A stretch of 38,324 nucleotides of DNA, taken from Nitrospirota bacterium (lineage in GTDB: Bacteria > Nitrospirota > Thermodesulfovibrionia > Thermodesulfovibrionales > JdFR-86). Where the stretch lies: contig DAOWET010000001.1 in assembly GCA_030638335.1 (NCBI GenBank), positions 1 through 38,324 of the forward strand, read 5' to 3'. The notes beneath the pieces are model-generated. The model was not told the origin of the DNA and searched no databases. It saw only the letters and a program-made list of their open reading frames with translations. The position numbers and the translations under genes are program-made. Of this stretch, positions 15,877 through 24,725 are shown in pieces (the first letter of the stretch is position 1; every line of letters begins with the position of its first letter).

Positions 15877-18681
15877 ATGGACCCCAAAGACTACAAGGAC
15901 ACCCTTAACCTCCCCTCAACAAGCTTCCCCATGAAGGCAAACCTCCCAAACCGAGAGCCCGAGATGCTGAAGCAATGGGAAGAGGACGGTCTGTATGAAA
16001 AAATGCTCAAGCGCAACGAGGGCAAAGACACATACGTGCTGCACGACGGCCCTCCCTATGCCAACGGGAACATCCATATCGGCCACGCGCTGAACAAGAT
16101 ACTCAAGGACATCATAGTCAAATACAAATCCATGACAGGCCACTATACGCCCTATGTGCCGGGATGGGACTGCCACGGCCTGCCCATCGAGCACCAGGTG
16201 GACAAGAAGCTGGGCAAGAAAAAACGCGAGATAAGCATAGCCGACAAGCGTCTCCTGTGCAGGCAGTACGCGGATAAGTTCGTGGACGTGCAGCGCGAGG
16301 AGTTCAAGCGCCTCGGTGTGCTTGGAGACTGGGACAACCCGTACATAACCATGAGCTTTGATTACGAGGGCGCGATTGTAAAGGAATTCCTCGAGTTCTA
16401 CAAAAAGGGCTACGCATACCTGGGCAAGAAACCCGTGCACTGGTGCCCCTCATGCGTTACCGCGCTTGCGGAGGCAGAGGTGGAGCACGCGGATAAAACT
16501 TCGCCCTCGGTGTTCGTTAAGTTCAAGCTAGAAGCAAAAGAATCTTCTAATAAACTAAATCTGCCTGCTGGCAAAGAAGCTTTTATTGTTATCTGGACCA
16601 CTACTCCATGGACGCTTCCGGCAAACCTTGCGCTAGCCGTAGGAAACAACATTGAATATGCAGCAGTCCTTAACGAAAAGAAGGACGAATTCATAATCGT
16701 GGCAAAAGACCTTGTCTCAAAGCTCCATGAAAAGGGAGTCCTGCCAACGGATAATATATACAGGACTTTCCCTGGCTCAGACCTTGTAGAAATGGAAGCA
16801 TCACATCCTTTCATAGACAGGAAATCAAAGATAATTGACGCATATTTTGTCTCAACCGAAGAGGGTTCGGGAATTGTCCACATAGCTCCCGGCCACGGTC
16901 AGGACGACTACCAGGCCGGCCTCGCCCACGGACTTGAGATACTTGCCCCGGTAAACGATTACGGCAAGTTCGAGGGAAGCGGAGTGGAGGAGATAGAGAA
17001 CCAGTTCGTCTTCAAGGCCAACGATACCATCATAGAAATACTTAAAACAAAAAACGCCCTGCTTTTGAGCGAGGACTACCCGCACTCCTACCCCCACTGC
17101 TGGCGATGCAAGAAGCCGGTCATCTTCCGGGCCACGGAGCAGTGGTTCATCTCCATGGAGCATGAGGGCCTGAGGGAAAAGAGCCTCAAGGAAGTGGAAA
17201 AGACCCGCTGGATACCCGAGTGGGGACAGGACCGCATCCACGGCATGATCGAGGGCCGGCCGGACTGGTGCATATCCCGCCAGCGCTCATGGGGCGTGCC
17301 CATAGCGGTGCTCAAATGCACGTCCTGCAAAGAGCTTGTAAGGGATGACCGGGTAAACGAGATAATTGTCAAGGAGTTCACAGAGCATGGCGCGGACGTA
17401 TGGTATACAAAAGGCGCTGGCGCCTTTATGCCCGAGGGGTTCAAGTGCAAATGCGGCTCAGGGGAGTTCGAGAAAGAGACGGACATACTTGACGTATGGT
17501 TCGATTCGGGCGTGAGCTATGCGGCCACGTTAATACCTGAGCGCGGTTTTCCCAAGCGCGACCCAAGTGAGCCCCCCGCGGACATGTACCTTGAGGGCTC
17601 AGACCAGCACAGGGGATGGTTCCAGAGTTCCTTGCTCGCATCCGTTGGCACACGTGGACACGCCCCATACAAGACCGTGCTCACCCACGGCTATACCGTG
17701 GACGGCAAGGGCAAGAAAATGTCCAAGAGCCAGGGCAACGTGGTGGCCCCACAGGACGTGATCAAGATGACCGGGGCTGACATACTGCGCCTCTGGGTCT
17801 CTGCCGAGGACTATCGCGGGGACGTGCGGATCTCAAACGAGATACTGGCCCGCCTTACAGAGGCATATAGAAAGATAAGAAACACGTCGAAATACCTGCT
17901 CGGGAACCTCCACGATTTTGACGGCGGCGATTATTCATCTGACCTGCTGGAGATAGACCGATGGGCAATGAGCAGTCTACAGCATCTTATAAAGAACGTG
18001 AACTCGGCTTACGAGAACTACACCTTCCACGAGGTCTACCACCGTCTGCACCACTTCTGCATAGTGGACATGAGCAACCTCTACCTCGACATTCTAAAGG
18101 ACAGGCTCTATACCTTCAAGGCTGACTCAAAGGAGCGCCGCGCGGCGCAATGGGTGCTGAACGAGATACTCATGAGCATGACCCGCCTCATGGCCCCGGT
18201 GCTCTCCTTCACCGCTGAGGAGATATGGCAACACATTGAGAACACACCATCGGAAAGCGTGTTACTGACCGACATGCCCGCGCCCCGCGACGAGTTCATT
18301 GACGACGAGCTTGAGGCCCGGTGGGTGAGTATTCAGTCCGTGCGTGATGAGGCGAACAAGGCCCTTGAGCTAAAGCGCGCTGAGAAGTTCATCGGAAACT
18401 CCCTTGAGGCCAAGGTAACGATACATACCAGCGACAGCGGGCTGCGCGAACTCCTTGAAGCCCATGCCGCGGACCTCCCCACCATCTTCATCGTCTCGCA
18501 GGCCGGTGTCACCTCGGAGGGAGAGGGTACTTACAGGAGCGAAGAGATTGCCGGGCTCTCCATCTCCGTGGAAAAGGCCGACGGCGAGAAATGCGCCCGG
18601 TGCTGGAACCGCAGCCTGAGCGTAGGCACAATCACCGGGGCGCCGGATATCTGCGAGCGCTGTAACAAGGCTGTTGCATGA
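15877..18681 (+). CDS. ileS: Isoleucine--tRNA ligase (type 1)
   Basis: DGPPYANGNIHIGH, PGWDCHGLPIE, WTTTPWTLP, KMSKS and C-terminal Zn finger CARCW...CERC. Confidence 0.98.
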   Translation: MDPKDYKDTLNLPSTSFPMKANLPNREPEMLKQWEEDGLYEKMLKRNEGKDTYVLHDGPPYANGNIHIGHALNKILKDIIVKYKSMTGHYTPYVPGWDCHGLPIEHQVDKKLGKKKREISIADKRLLCRQYADKFVDVQREEFKRLGVLGDWDNPYITMSFDYEGAIVKEFLEFYKKGYAYLGKKPVHWCPSCVTALAEAEVEHADKTSPSVFVKFKLEAKESSNKLNLPAGKEAFIVIWTTTPWTLPANLALAVGNNIEYAAVLNEKKDEFIIVAKDLVSKLHEKGVLPTDNIYRTFPGSDLVEMEASHPFIDRKSKIIDAYFVSTEEGSGIVHIAPGHGQDDYQAGLAHGLEILAPVNDYGKFEGSGVEEIENQFVFKANDTIIEILKTKNALLLSEDYPHSYPHCWRCKKPVIFRATEQWFISMEHEGLREKSLKEVEKTRWIPEWGQDRIHGMIEGRPDWCISRQRSWGVPIAVLKCTSCKELVRDDRVNEIIVKEFTEHGADVWYTKGAGAFMPEGFKCKCGSGEFEKETDILDVWFDSGVSYAATLIPERGFPKRDPSEPPADMYLEGSDQHRGWFQSSLLASVGTRGHAPYKTVLTHGYTVDGKGKKMSKSQGNVVAPQDVIKMTGADILRLWVSAEDYRGDVRISNEILARLTEAYRKIRNTSKYLLGNLHDFDGGDYSSDLLEIDRWAMSSLQHLIKNVNSAYENYTFHEVYHRLHHFCIVDMSNLYLDILKDRLYTFKADSKERRAAQWVLNEILMSMTRLMAPVLSFTAEEIWQHIENTPSESVLLTDMPAPRDEFIDDELEARWVSIQSVRDEANKALELKRAEKFIGNSLEAKVTIHTSDSGLRELLEAHAADLPTIFIVSQAGVTSEGEGTYRSEEIAGLSISVEKADGEKCARCWNRSLSVGTITGAPDICERCNKAVA

Positions 18682-19178
18682 GGGGAAAGGCCCTACTCGT
18701 TGCTGCCACGGTTATAGTAGTGACAGCGCTTGACCTTGTGACCAAACACCTGGCCGCAACTCGCATAAGCCATTATGAGCCCATCGAGGTCCTGCCGTTT
18801 TTCAACCTCGTGAACGTGCAGAACAGGGGCGCGGCCTTTGGGATGTTCTCGGCCCTTGGAAGCTGGTTCTTCATCGCCATAAGCCTCGCAGCCATAGCCT
18901 TCATCATATACCTGCTGGTCAAGACGGACGAGAGCCCCTTGGCACTGGCCCTCATAATATCCGGGGCGCTTGGCAACCTTGCCGACCGCCTGTTATTTGG
19001 CTATGTAAGGGATTTTCTAGACATACATGTGGGAGAGCACCACTGGCCCGCCTTCAACCTGGCCGACTCCGCCCTTACCGTTGGGCTTGCGCTTATTATC
19101 ATCCTTCCACTGATCCACGGCTTCAGGGACAAAAAAGAGGCCGGGCCTTCAGAGCCTTCAAAACCGGGCACGCAATAA
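18678..19178 (+). CDS. lspA: Lipoprotein signal peptidase II
   Basis: DLVTK, NRGAAFG, GALGNLADR, VRDF and FNLAD; overlaps the ileS stop (ATGA). Confidence 0.96.
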   Translation: MRGKALLVAATVIVVTALDLVTKHLAATRISHYEPIEVLPFFNLVNVQNRGAAFGMFSALGSWFFIAISLAAIAFIIYLLVKTDESPLALALIISGALGNLADRLLFGYVRDFLDIHVGEHHWPAFNLADSALTVGLALIIILPLIHGFRDKKEAGPSEPSKPGTQ

Positions 19179-19194
19179 AAAACTCCCTGCCGCA

Positions 19195-19207
19195 GGGCCA
19201 CGGGCCC
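19195..19207 (+). repeat. Short REP-like palindrome GGGCCACGGGCCC
   Basis: Identical to 5282-5294. Confidence 0.55.
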
Positions 19208-19324
19208 ATTTTAACCGGAGGCTTCCGCCCCGACCGTATTCAGGATATGCAACGTAGGACCTGATCTTGTATTGAAGGTGTTTATTTAGGAGGATGCAGA
19301 TCGGGTCGACTCGACCTATTACGG

Positions 19325-19340
19325 GGTGCCCGTTGGCACC
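19325..19340. repeat. Short REP-like palindrome GGTGCC-CGTT-GGCACC
   Basis: Near-identical to 5121-5135; abuts hairpin element C. Confidence 0.55.
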
Positions 19341-19436
19341 TGATTTGCTGTAGCTGGTAGGAAGAAAGCATGAAGGCGTATAAACATACGTCGAATGCTT
19401 TATTCCGCCGCAGATGCAGTAAACTCAGGAAGCGTG
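19339..19436 (+). repeat. Structured hairpin element, copy C
   Basis: Homologous to 5336-5443 (shared TCGAATGCTTTATTCyGCCGCAGATGC...TCAGGAAGCGTG) with compensatory stem changes. Confidence 0.85.
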
Positions 19437-19438
19437 AG

Positions 19439-19924
19439 CTACTTTTTTGTGCCGACTCTGGTAATCGCAACCTTACCCGTGCGCACAAGCTCCTTGATGC
19501 CCATGGGCTTCATCATATTAACAAAGGCAGTCAACTTGTCCTCGGTGCCCGTGATCTCGATGGTCAGGGTCTTCTCAGAGGAGTCCACCACCTTGCCCCG
19601 GAAGATATTCGCGATCTCGATGGCCTCAAGCTTCCTGTTGGCCTGAGGGGCGATCTTCAGCAGTATCATCTCGCGCTCCACGTGGTCCAACTCGAGCATG
19701 TCCGTGACCTTTATCACGTCGATGAGCTTGTTGAGCTGCTTGGTGATCTGCTCGATGATCTGGTCGTCACCGCTTGTGACAATGGTCATCTGGGAGATCT
19801 TCGAGTCCAGGGTCTCGCCAACCGAGATGCTCTCGATATTGTAGCCTCGACCGCTGAAAAGCCCGGCAACACGGGACAGCACCCCGAATTTGTTCTCAAC
19901 CAGAAGGGATATCGTATGTCTCAT
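19439..19924 (-). CDS. ilvN: Acetolactate synthase small (regulatory) subunit
   Basis: MRHTISLLVENKFGVLSRVAGLFSGRGYNIES (ACT domain) and ELVRTG. Confidence 0.97.
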   Translation of the reverse strand: MRHTISLLVENKFGVLSRVAGLFSGRGYNIESISVGETLDSKISQMTIVTSGDDQIIEQITKQLNKLIDVIKVTDMLELDHVEREMILLKIAPQANRKLEAIEIANIFRGKVVDSSEKTLTIEITGTEDKLTAFVNMMKPMGIKELVRTGKVAITRVGTKK

Positions 19925-19925
19925 A

Positions 19926-21665
19926 TTACTTCACCGCCCTGAGTTTTTTCTTTTTCGCACTTTTCTCTATCGACTCGTCGAAAAGCATATGGTCTATGGA
20001 AGCTCCTGCAGGCACCATGGGGTAGACCTTTTCGTGCCAGTCCACCTCAAAGTCCATGAACACGGTTTTATTGATCTTGAATGCCTCCTTGAGCACGGGC
20101 ACCACCTCAGAGGGCTTGGTGGCCCTCAGGCCCACGGCGCCGTATGCCTCCGCCACCTTCACGAAGTCCGGGGTCACGTCCAGGCCCGTATGGGAGTAGC
20201 GCTCGTCAAAGAACAGCTCCTGCCACTGGCGCACCATACCCAGGAACCGGTTGTTGAGTATTGCCACCTTCACGGGAAGCTTGTTTATCACTGCGGTGGC
20301 AAGCTCCTGTATGTTCATCTGTATGGAGCCGTCTCCGGCGATGTCTATGACAAGTTTGTCAGGTGCCGCAAACTGCGCCCCGATGGCCGCGGGAAAACCG
20401 TAGCCCATGGTGCCCAGGCCGCCCGAGGTCAGCCATTGGCGCGGTTTCTCGAACTTGTAAAATTGCGCTGCCCACATCTGGTTCTGGCCCACCTCCGTGG
20501 TGATGATGGCGTCGCCCTTTGTCAGCTCGTGGATCTTCTCCACCACGAACTGGGGTTTGATAACGTCATCGCTTTCCGCGTAACTCATCGGGTGCTCAGC
20601 CTTCCATGCGTCTACCTGCTTGAGCCACTTTTTCCTCACCGGGGCCCACTGCTTCTGGTCGTTGTCCTTAAGCAACTTGTTAAGGACCGTAAGCACGCGC
20701 TTTACGTCACCGACTATGGGCACGTCCACCGGGATGTTCTTCCTTATGGATGTGGGATCTATGTCGATGTGGATGATCTTTGCATTGGGCGCAAAGGTCT
20801 CTATGGTTCCCGTGACACGGTCATCAAAGCGCATGCCCACGGCAACAAGCAGGTCGGCGTTCTGTATGGCCATGTTTGCATAGTAGGTGCCATGCATGCC
20901 CGGCATGCCCAGAGAGAGCTTGTGGGAGCCCGGGAAACATCCAAGGCCCATGAGCGTCATGGTCACCGGGGTATCCGTGAGCTTGGCAAGGGCCGTAAGC
21001 TCCTTGGACGCACCGGAGAGGATCACTCCTCCGCCTGCAACGATCACCGGCTTCGTGGCCTTTGAGATAAGGTCCGCGGCCTTTTTGATCATGAACTTGT
21101 TGCCCTCGTATTTTGGACGGTAGCTCCTGATGTCCACTTTTTCGGGCCAGATGAACTCGGTCTTGGCCACGGTCACGTCCTTTGGCAGGTCCACCAGCAC
21201 CGGGCCGGGCCTGCCGCTTGTGGCAATATGGAAGGCATCGCGTACGATCTCCGCCAGGTCTTCTATATTGTTTGCAAGGAAGTTGTACTTGCAGCATGGG
21301 CGGGTTATGCCCACGATGTCAGCCTCCTGGAAGGCGTCGTTTCCAATGAGCATGGTGGGGACCTGGCCGGTAAACACTACCATGGGGATCGAGTCCATCG
21401 ATGCCGTGGCAATGCCTGTGACAGTGTTGGTTGCACCCGGCCCTGAGGTGACCAGCGCCACCCCTGCCTTGCCGCTTACCCTGGCGTAGCCGTCTGCGGC
21501 ATGCACAGCGCCCTGCTCGTGCCTGGTAAGAATGAGCTGCAGTTTCTTGTCATCATACAGGAGGTCGAAAATATTAAGTACAACGCCTCCGGGGTATCCG
21601 AAAATATGCTTTACCTTCTCGCGTTTCAGGGATTCGAGAAAGATCTCTGCTCCGGTCATTTTCAT
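19926..21665 (-). CDS. ilvB: Acetolactate synthase large subunit, biosynthetic
   Basis: [20 protein letters not shown] and the ThDP motif GDGS...NN. Start placed at ATG 21665 (MKMTGAE) behind SD GAGGAG. Confidence 0.97.
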   Translation of the reverse strand: MKMTGAEIFLESLKREKVKHIFGYPGGVVLNIFDLLYDDKKLQLILTRHEQGAVHAADGYARVSGKAGVALVTSGPGATNTVTGIATASMDSIPMVVFTGQVPTMLIGNDAFQEADIVGITRPCCKYNFLANNIEDLAEIVRDAFHIATSGRPGPVLVDLPKDVTVAKTEFIWPEKVDIRSYRPKYEGNKFMIKKAADLISKATKPVIVAGGGVILSGASKELTALAKLTDTPVTMTLMGLGCFPGSHKLSLGMPGMHGTYYANMAIQNADLLVAVGMRFDDRVTGTIETFAPNAKIIHIDIDPTSIRKNIPVDVPIVGDVKRVLTVLNKLLKDNDQKQWAPVRKKWLKQVDAWKAEHPMSYAESDDVIKPQFVVEKIHELTKGDAIITTEVGQNQMWAAQFYKFEKPRQWLTSGGLGTMGYGFPAAIGAQFAAPDKLVIDIAGDGSIQMNIQELATAVINKLPVKVAILNNRFLGMVRQWQELFFDERYSHTGLDVTPDFVKVAEAYGAVGLRATKPSEVVPVLKEAFKINKTVFMDFEVDWHEKVYPMVPAGASIDHMLFDESIEKSAKKKKLRAVK

Positions 21666-21715
21666 AGTTGAATCTCTCCTCTGTCCATCGTAGTGCCGGT
21701 TAATCTGTAAAAAAT

Positions 21716-21724
21716 ATTCTACCA
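21716..21724 (-). promoter_or_regulatory. Extended -10 element upstream of ilvB
   Basis: TGGTAGAAT; the same 9-mer lies at 7943-7951 (minus) upstream of the 7873 gene. Confidence 0.45.
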
Positions 21725-21824
21725 CAAAAGGGGTGGGCCTTCGCCATTCGTGCGCCAATACTGTCCATAGATGCACTACAGATGCACTACACCGGGCCAG
21801 TATGCGCCTTTTGGAAAGGGAGGG

Positions 21825-21915
21825 AGGGGCCTCCCTGGGGGAGGAGGCCCCTTTAGAGAAATGAGTGAAACGTTGACGGCCCGCCCGCCTTTATATAGGG
21901 TCGGCAGGCGGGCCG
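21825..21915 (-). terminator. Two GC-rich hairpins downstream of ftsZ (terminator or 3' structure)
   Basis: 13-bp stem 21877-21889/21903-21915 (one G-U on the minus strand) and perfect 10-bp stem 21825-21834/21843-21852; poor U-tract. Confidence 0.5.
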
Positions 21916-21923
21916 GGACAGAC

Positions 21924-23429
21924 TTATGTGTCGCGCCTCGTACCCACAGGCTTCCTGAGGAAGGTGGGTATGTCCAGCGGGTCTTCCTCGTTCAGAAGGC
22001 TCCCCGAAGACAGAGAAGACAGTGATTTCGAGAGTATGCGCTCCGAGCCCCGGTAGCCAATGTTGCGCTTGCGCTTGGGACGGCCTGTCGAGCCGACAGT
22101 GGCCGGAGCCTCATTCTTCCGGGACTCCTTGGCCTCAATGCCGGCAAATGCCGGAAGCTCGGGCTCAAGCGCGGGCTGCTCCATCACAGAAGCGGCTTCC
22201 GGCACAGGAGCGGCTTCCGGAGCCTTTTCAGTGGCTGCGGTCCTCTCAGCGGTGGCCACGGTCTCATGCGCCATGACCTCCTCAAGCACCTCTGCGTCAT
22301 GCATCTCCATCACAGGCTCTTCCTCGCTGCAAAGCTCCTCAAGCACCCCCTCGCCAGCTTCGCGCACAACGATGCTCTCCCTGTCATGGGTGGGCTCCGG
22401 TCTCACTGGAAGCGCCTTCACAGATGCGGCCTTGGCAGCTTCCATTACGTCCCCGGTGGCAATTTTAGAGTCCTCGAACTGCGTGGCTATCACCGTTACC
22501 CTTATCTCCTCCTTGAGGTCGGGGTCAATGACCGCTCCAAGCATTATGTTCGCGCCGTCCTTTGAGGACTCGTACACCGGGGCAGTTGCTTCCTGCACGT
22601 CGTTCAGAGACAGCGAAAGGCCGCCGGTGATGTTTATAAGCACTCCCTCCGCTCCCTCGATGGAGTTGTTCTCCAGAAGCGGGTTCGATATGGCCTTCTT
22701 GGCAGCGTCGTAAGCTCCGCCTTCTCCCTTGCCGCTTCCCATGCCTATTACCGCGCGCCCCGCGTTCTGGACCACTGTCTTTACATCGGCGAAGTCCAGG
22801 TTTATGAGGCCCGGGATCAGCACCAGGTCGGATATGCCCTGCACCGCATGGCGCAGCACGTCGTTTGCGATGGCAAAGGACTCTAATAAAGGCGTGCCCT
22901 TCTCAACGACCATGGATATCCTGTCGTTGGGGATAACTATCATCGTGTCAACCATGTCCTGCAACTCAAGAATGCCTGCTGTTGCGTTGCGCTTTCTCAC
23001 CCCGCCCTCGTAGAAAAAGGGCTTCGTGACCACGGCCACCGTGATAGCGCCAAGGCTGTGGGCCACCTCAGCCACCACCGGGGCCGCGCCCGTGCCGGTG
23101 CCTCCGCCCATGCCCGCCGTGATGAAGACCATGTCCGCGCCATCAAGGGCGCCCGCGATAATGTCCCTGTCCTCAATTGCGCTCTCGCGCCCCACCTCGG
23201 GCTTGGAGCCAGCGCCAAGCCCCCTTGTGATGCTGTGGCCGATCTGAAGTTTCTCGCTTGCCATGGACGTGTCAAGCACCTGCGCGTCCGTGTTGATGGC
23301 AATGAAATCCACGCTGCGGATGTTCGAGGCGATCATGTTGTTCACCACGTTTCCGCCAGCTCCACCGACCCCTACTACCTTGATGCTTGCGTGCTGTTTC
23401 CCCCCTTGTGCTTCTTCAAGTTCAAACAT
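21924..23429 (-). CDS. ftsZ: Cell division protein FtsZ
   Basis: GVGGAGGN, GMGGGTGTG, NLDFAD and C-terminal LDIPTFLRK. Confidence 0.98.
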   Translation of the reverse strand: MFELEEAQGGKQHASIKVVGVGGAGGNVVNNMIASNIRSVDFIAINTDAQVLDTSMASEKLQIGHSITRGLGAGSKPEVGRESAIEDRDIIAGALDGADMVFITAGMGGGTGTGAAPVVAEVAHSLGAITVAVVTKPFFYEGGVRKRNATAGILELQDMVDTMIVIPNDRISMVVEKGTPLLESFAIANDVLRHAVQGISDLVLIPGLINLDFADVKTVVQNAGRAVIGMGSGKGEGGAYDAAKKAISNPLLENNSIEGAEGVLINITGGLSLSLNDVQEATAPVYESSKDGANIMLGAVIDPDLKEEIRVTVIATQFEDSKIATGDVMEAAKAASVKALPVRPEPTHDRESIVVREAGEGVLEELCSEEEPVMEMHDAEVLEEVMAHETVATAERTAATEKAPEAAPVPEAASVMEQPALEPELPAFAGIEAKESRKNEAPATVGSTGRPKRKRNIGYRGSERILSKSLSSLSSGSLLNEEDPLDIPTFLRKPVGTRRDT

Positions 23430-23474
23430 GTTCCCTCCTGACGTTTCGGTTTTCCCGATCTATTGAATTCCTGG

Positions 23475-24725
23475 TCAATTCCTCGATATTCCGTATTCGC
23501 TCCGCGACCTCCTGAAACCAAGGCTCACAGGTTGTGTCAACACCCTCTTAATACCCCTGAGCCTGTTTCTCATGCTCTCCATGAGGTCGTCGTATTCGCT
23601 CCATTCCTCCTGCACACCGTGGAGTACAAGCCCCACTGCCGTGGAATACATGGGGTCCGTGGGGACGTCCACGCCTGTCATGTTCTCCGGCACTCCTATG
23701 CGTACGGGTATGCCCAGCTTGGCCTCGGCAACCCTGTCCATTCCTTTAAGCAACGCGGCACCGCCAGTGAGCACCACGCATGAGGTCTCGGCAGAGACGA
23801 GCGCATCCACCACCTCTTCCCTGAGCAGATCGAATATCTCCTCACAGCGAGGCAGTATGATCTCACCGAGGTTTGCGCGCCGCATCTTCACCGCCCTGCC
23901 GTCCATGGCGGTCACGTCCATCTGAGAGGGTCCATCGAAGCTGTCTATGGCATAGCCGTATGCCTTCTTCACCCTCTCGGCCTCATGCTGCGAGACCTTC
24001 AGCCCTATTGCAATGTCATTTGTAAAGTGGTTCCCGCCCACCGGGATACTTGCGGCATGACATAGCCCGCCCTGGCGGAATACCGTAACGTCAGTGCTTC
24101 CCCCGCCGATGTCCACCACAGCGACACCGTTTTCCCGCTCATAGTGCCTGAGGACCGCCTTTGCAGAGGCTATGCCCTCAAAGACCACGTCCTTTACGTA
24201 GAGCCCGGCGCGAGTACAGCACTTTGTAACGTTCTCAACACAGGAATGCGCCGCTGTAATGAGCATCACGTTGGCCTCAAGGCGCACGCCCGCCATACCC
24301 ACGGGCCGGACTATGCCGTCCTGGCCGTCCAGGACATAGTCCGTGGGCATAACGTGCAGCACCTCCCGGTCCAGAGGCACAAGTACCGTGCCGGCAGAGT
24401 CGATCACATCGTCCACGTCCTGCTCAGTGACCTCGCGGCCCCTTATCCCGGTGGTGCCATAGCTTTTCATGCACCCCATGTGAGAGCCGCTGACCCCGAC
24501 ATAGACGTGTCTGATATTCACTCCAGAGGACTCCTCCGCCCTTTTAAGAGCCTCGCGTATGGAGCCGGTCACGGCCTCCATGTCCACGACCACACCTTTC
24601 CTCATGCCCGCCGACGGCGCAATACCAATGCCCGTCACCTCCGCAGCCCCGCCCATCTGGCGTGCCACCACCACGCATACCTTTGTGGTGCCAAGGTCAA
24701 GGCCGACTATGTGCCTGCGGCTCAC
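23475..24725 (-). CDS. ftsA: Cell division protein FtsA
   Basis: GLDLGTTKV, VDIGGGST, VLTGGAALL; dcw position. Confidence 0.96.
   Translation of the reverse strand: MSRRHIVGLDLGTTKVCVVVARQMGGAAEVTGIGIAPSAGMRKGVVVDMEAVTGSIREALKRAEESSGVNIRHVYVGVSGSHMGCMKSYGTTGIRGREVTEQDVDDVIDSAGTVLVPLDREVLHVMPTDYVLDGQDGIVRPVGMAGVRLEANVMLITAAHSCVENVTKCCTRAGLYVKDVVFEGIASAKAVLRHYERENGVAVVDIGGGSTDVTVFRQGGLCHAASIPVGGNHFTNDIAIGLKVSQHEAERVKKAYGYAIDSFDGPSQMDVTAMDGRAVKMRRANLGEIILPRCEEIFDLLREEVVDALVSAETSCVVLTGGAALLKGMDRVAEAKLGIPVRIGVPENMTGVDVPTDPMYSTAVGLVLHGVQEEWSEYDDLMESMRNRLRGIKRVLTQPVSLGFRRSRSEYGISRN

Noticed and set aside
19890-21065. Long antisense ORFs (19890-21065, 26433-27296, 30304-31332, 36273-37028, 5640-6308)
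   Set aside because: Shadow frames of well-supported GC-rich genes with no recognisable motifs.
21666-21923. Leader-peptide attenuator or T-box for ilvB
   Set aside because: The short upstream ORF examined ([22 protein letters not shown]) is not Ile/Leu/Val-rich; no T-box consensus or U-tailed terminator precedes ilvB.
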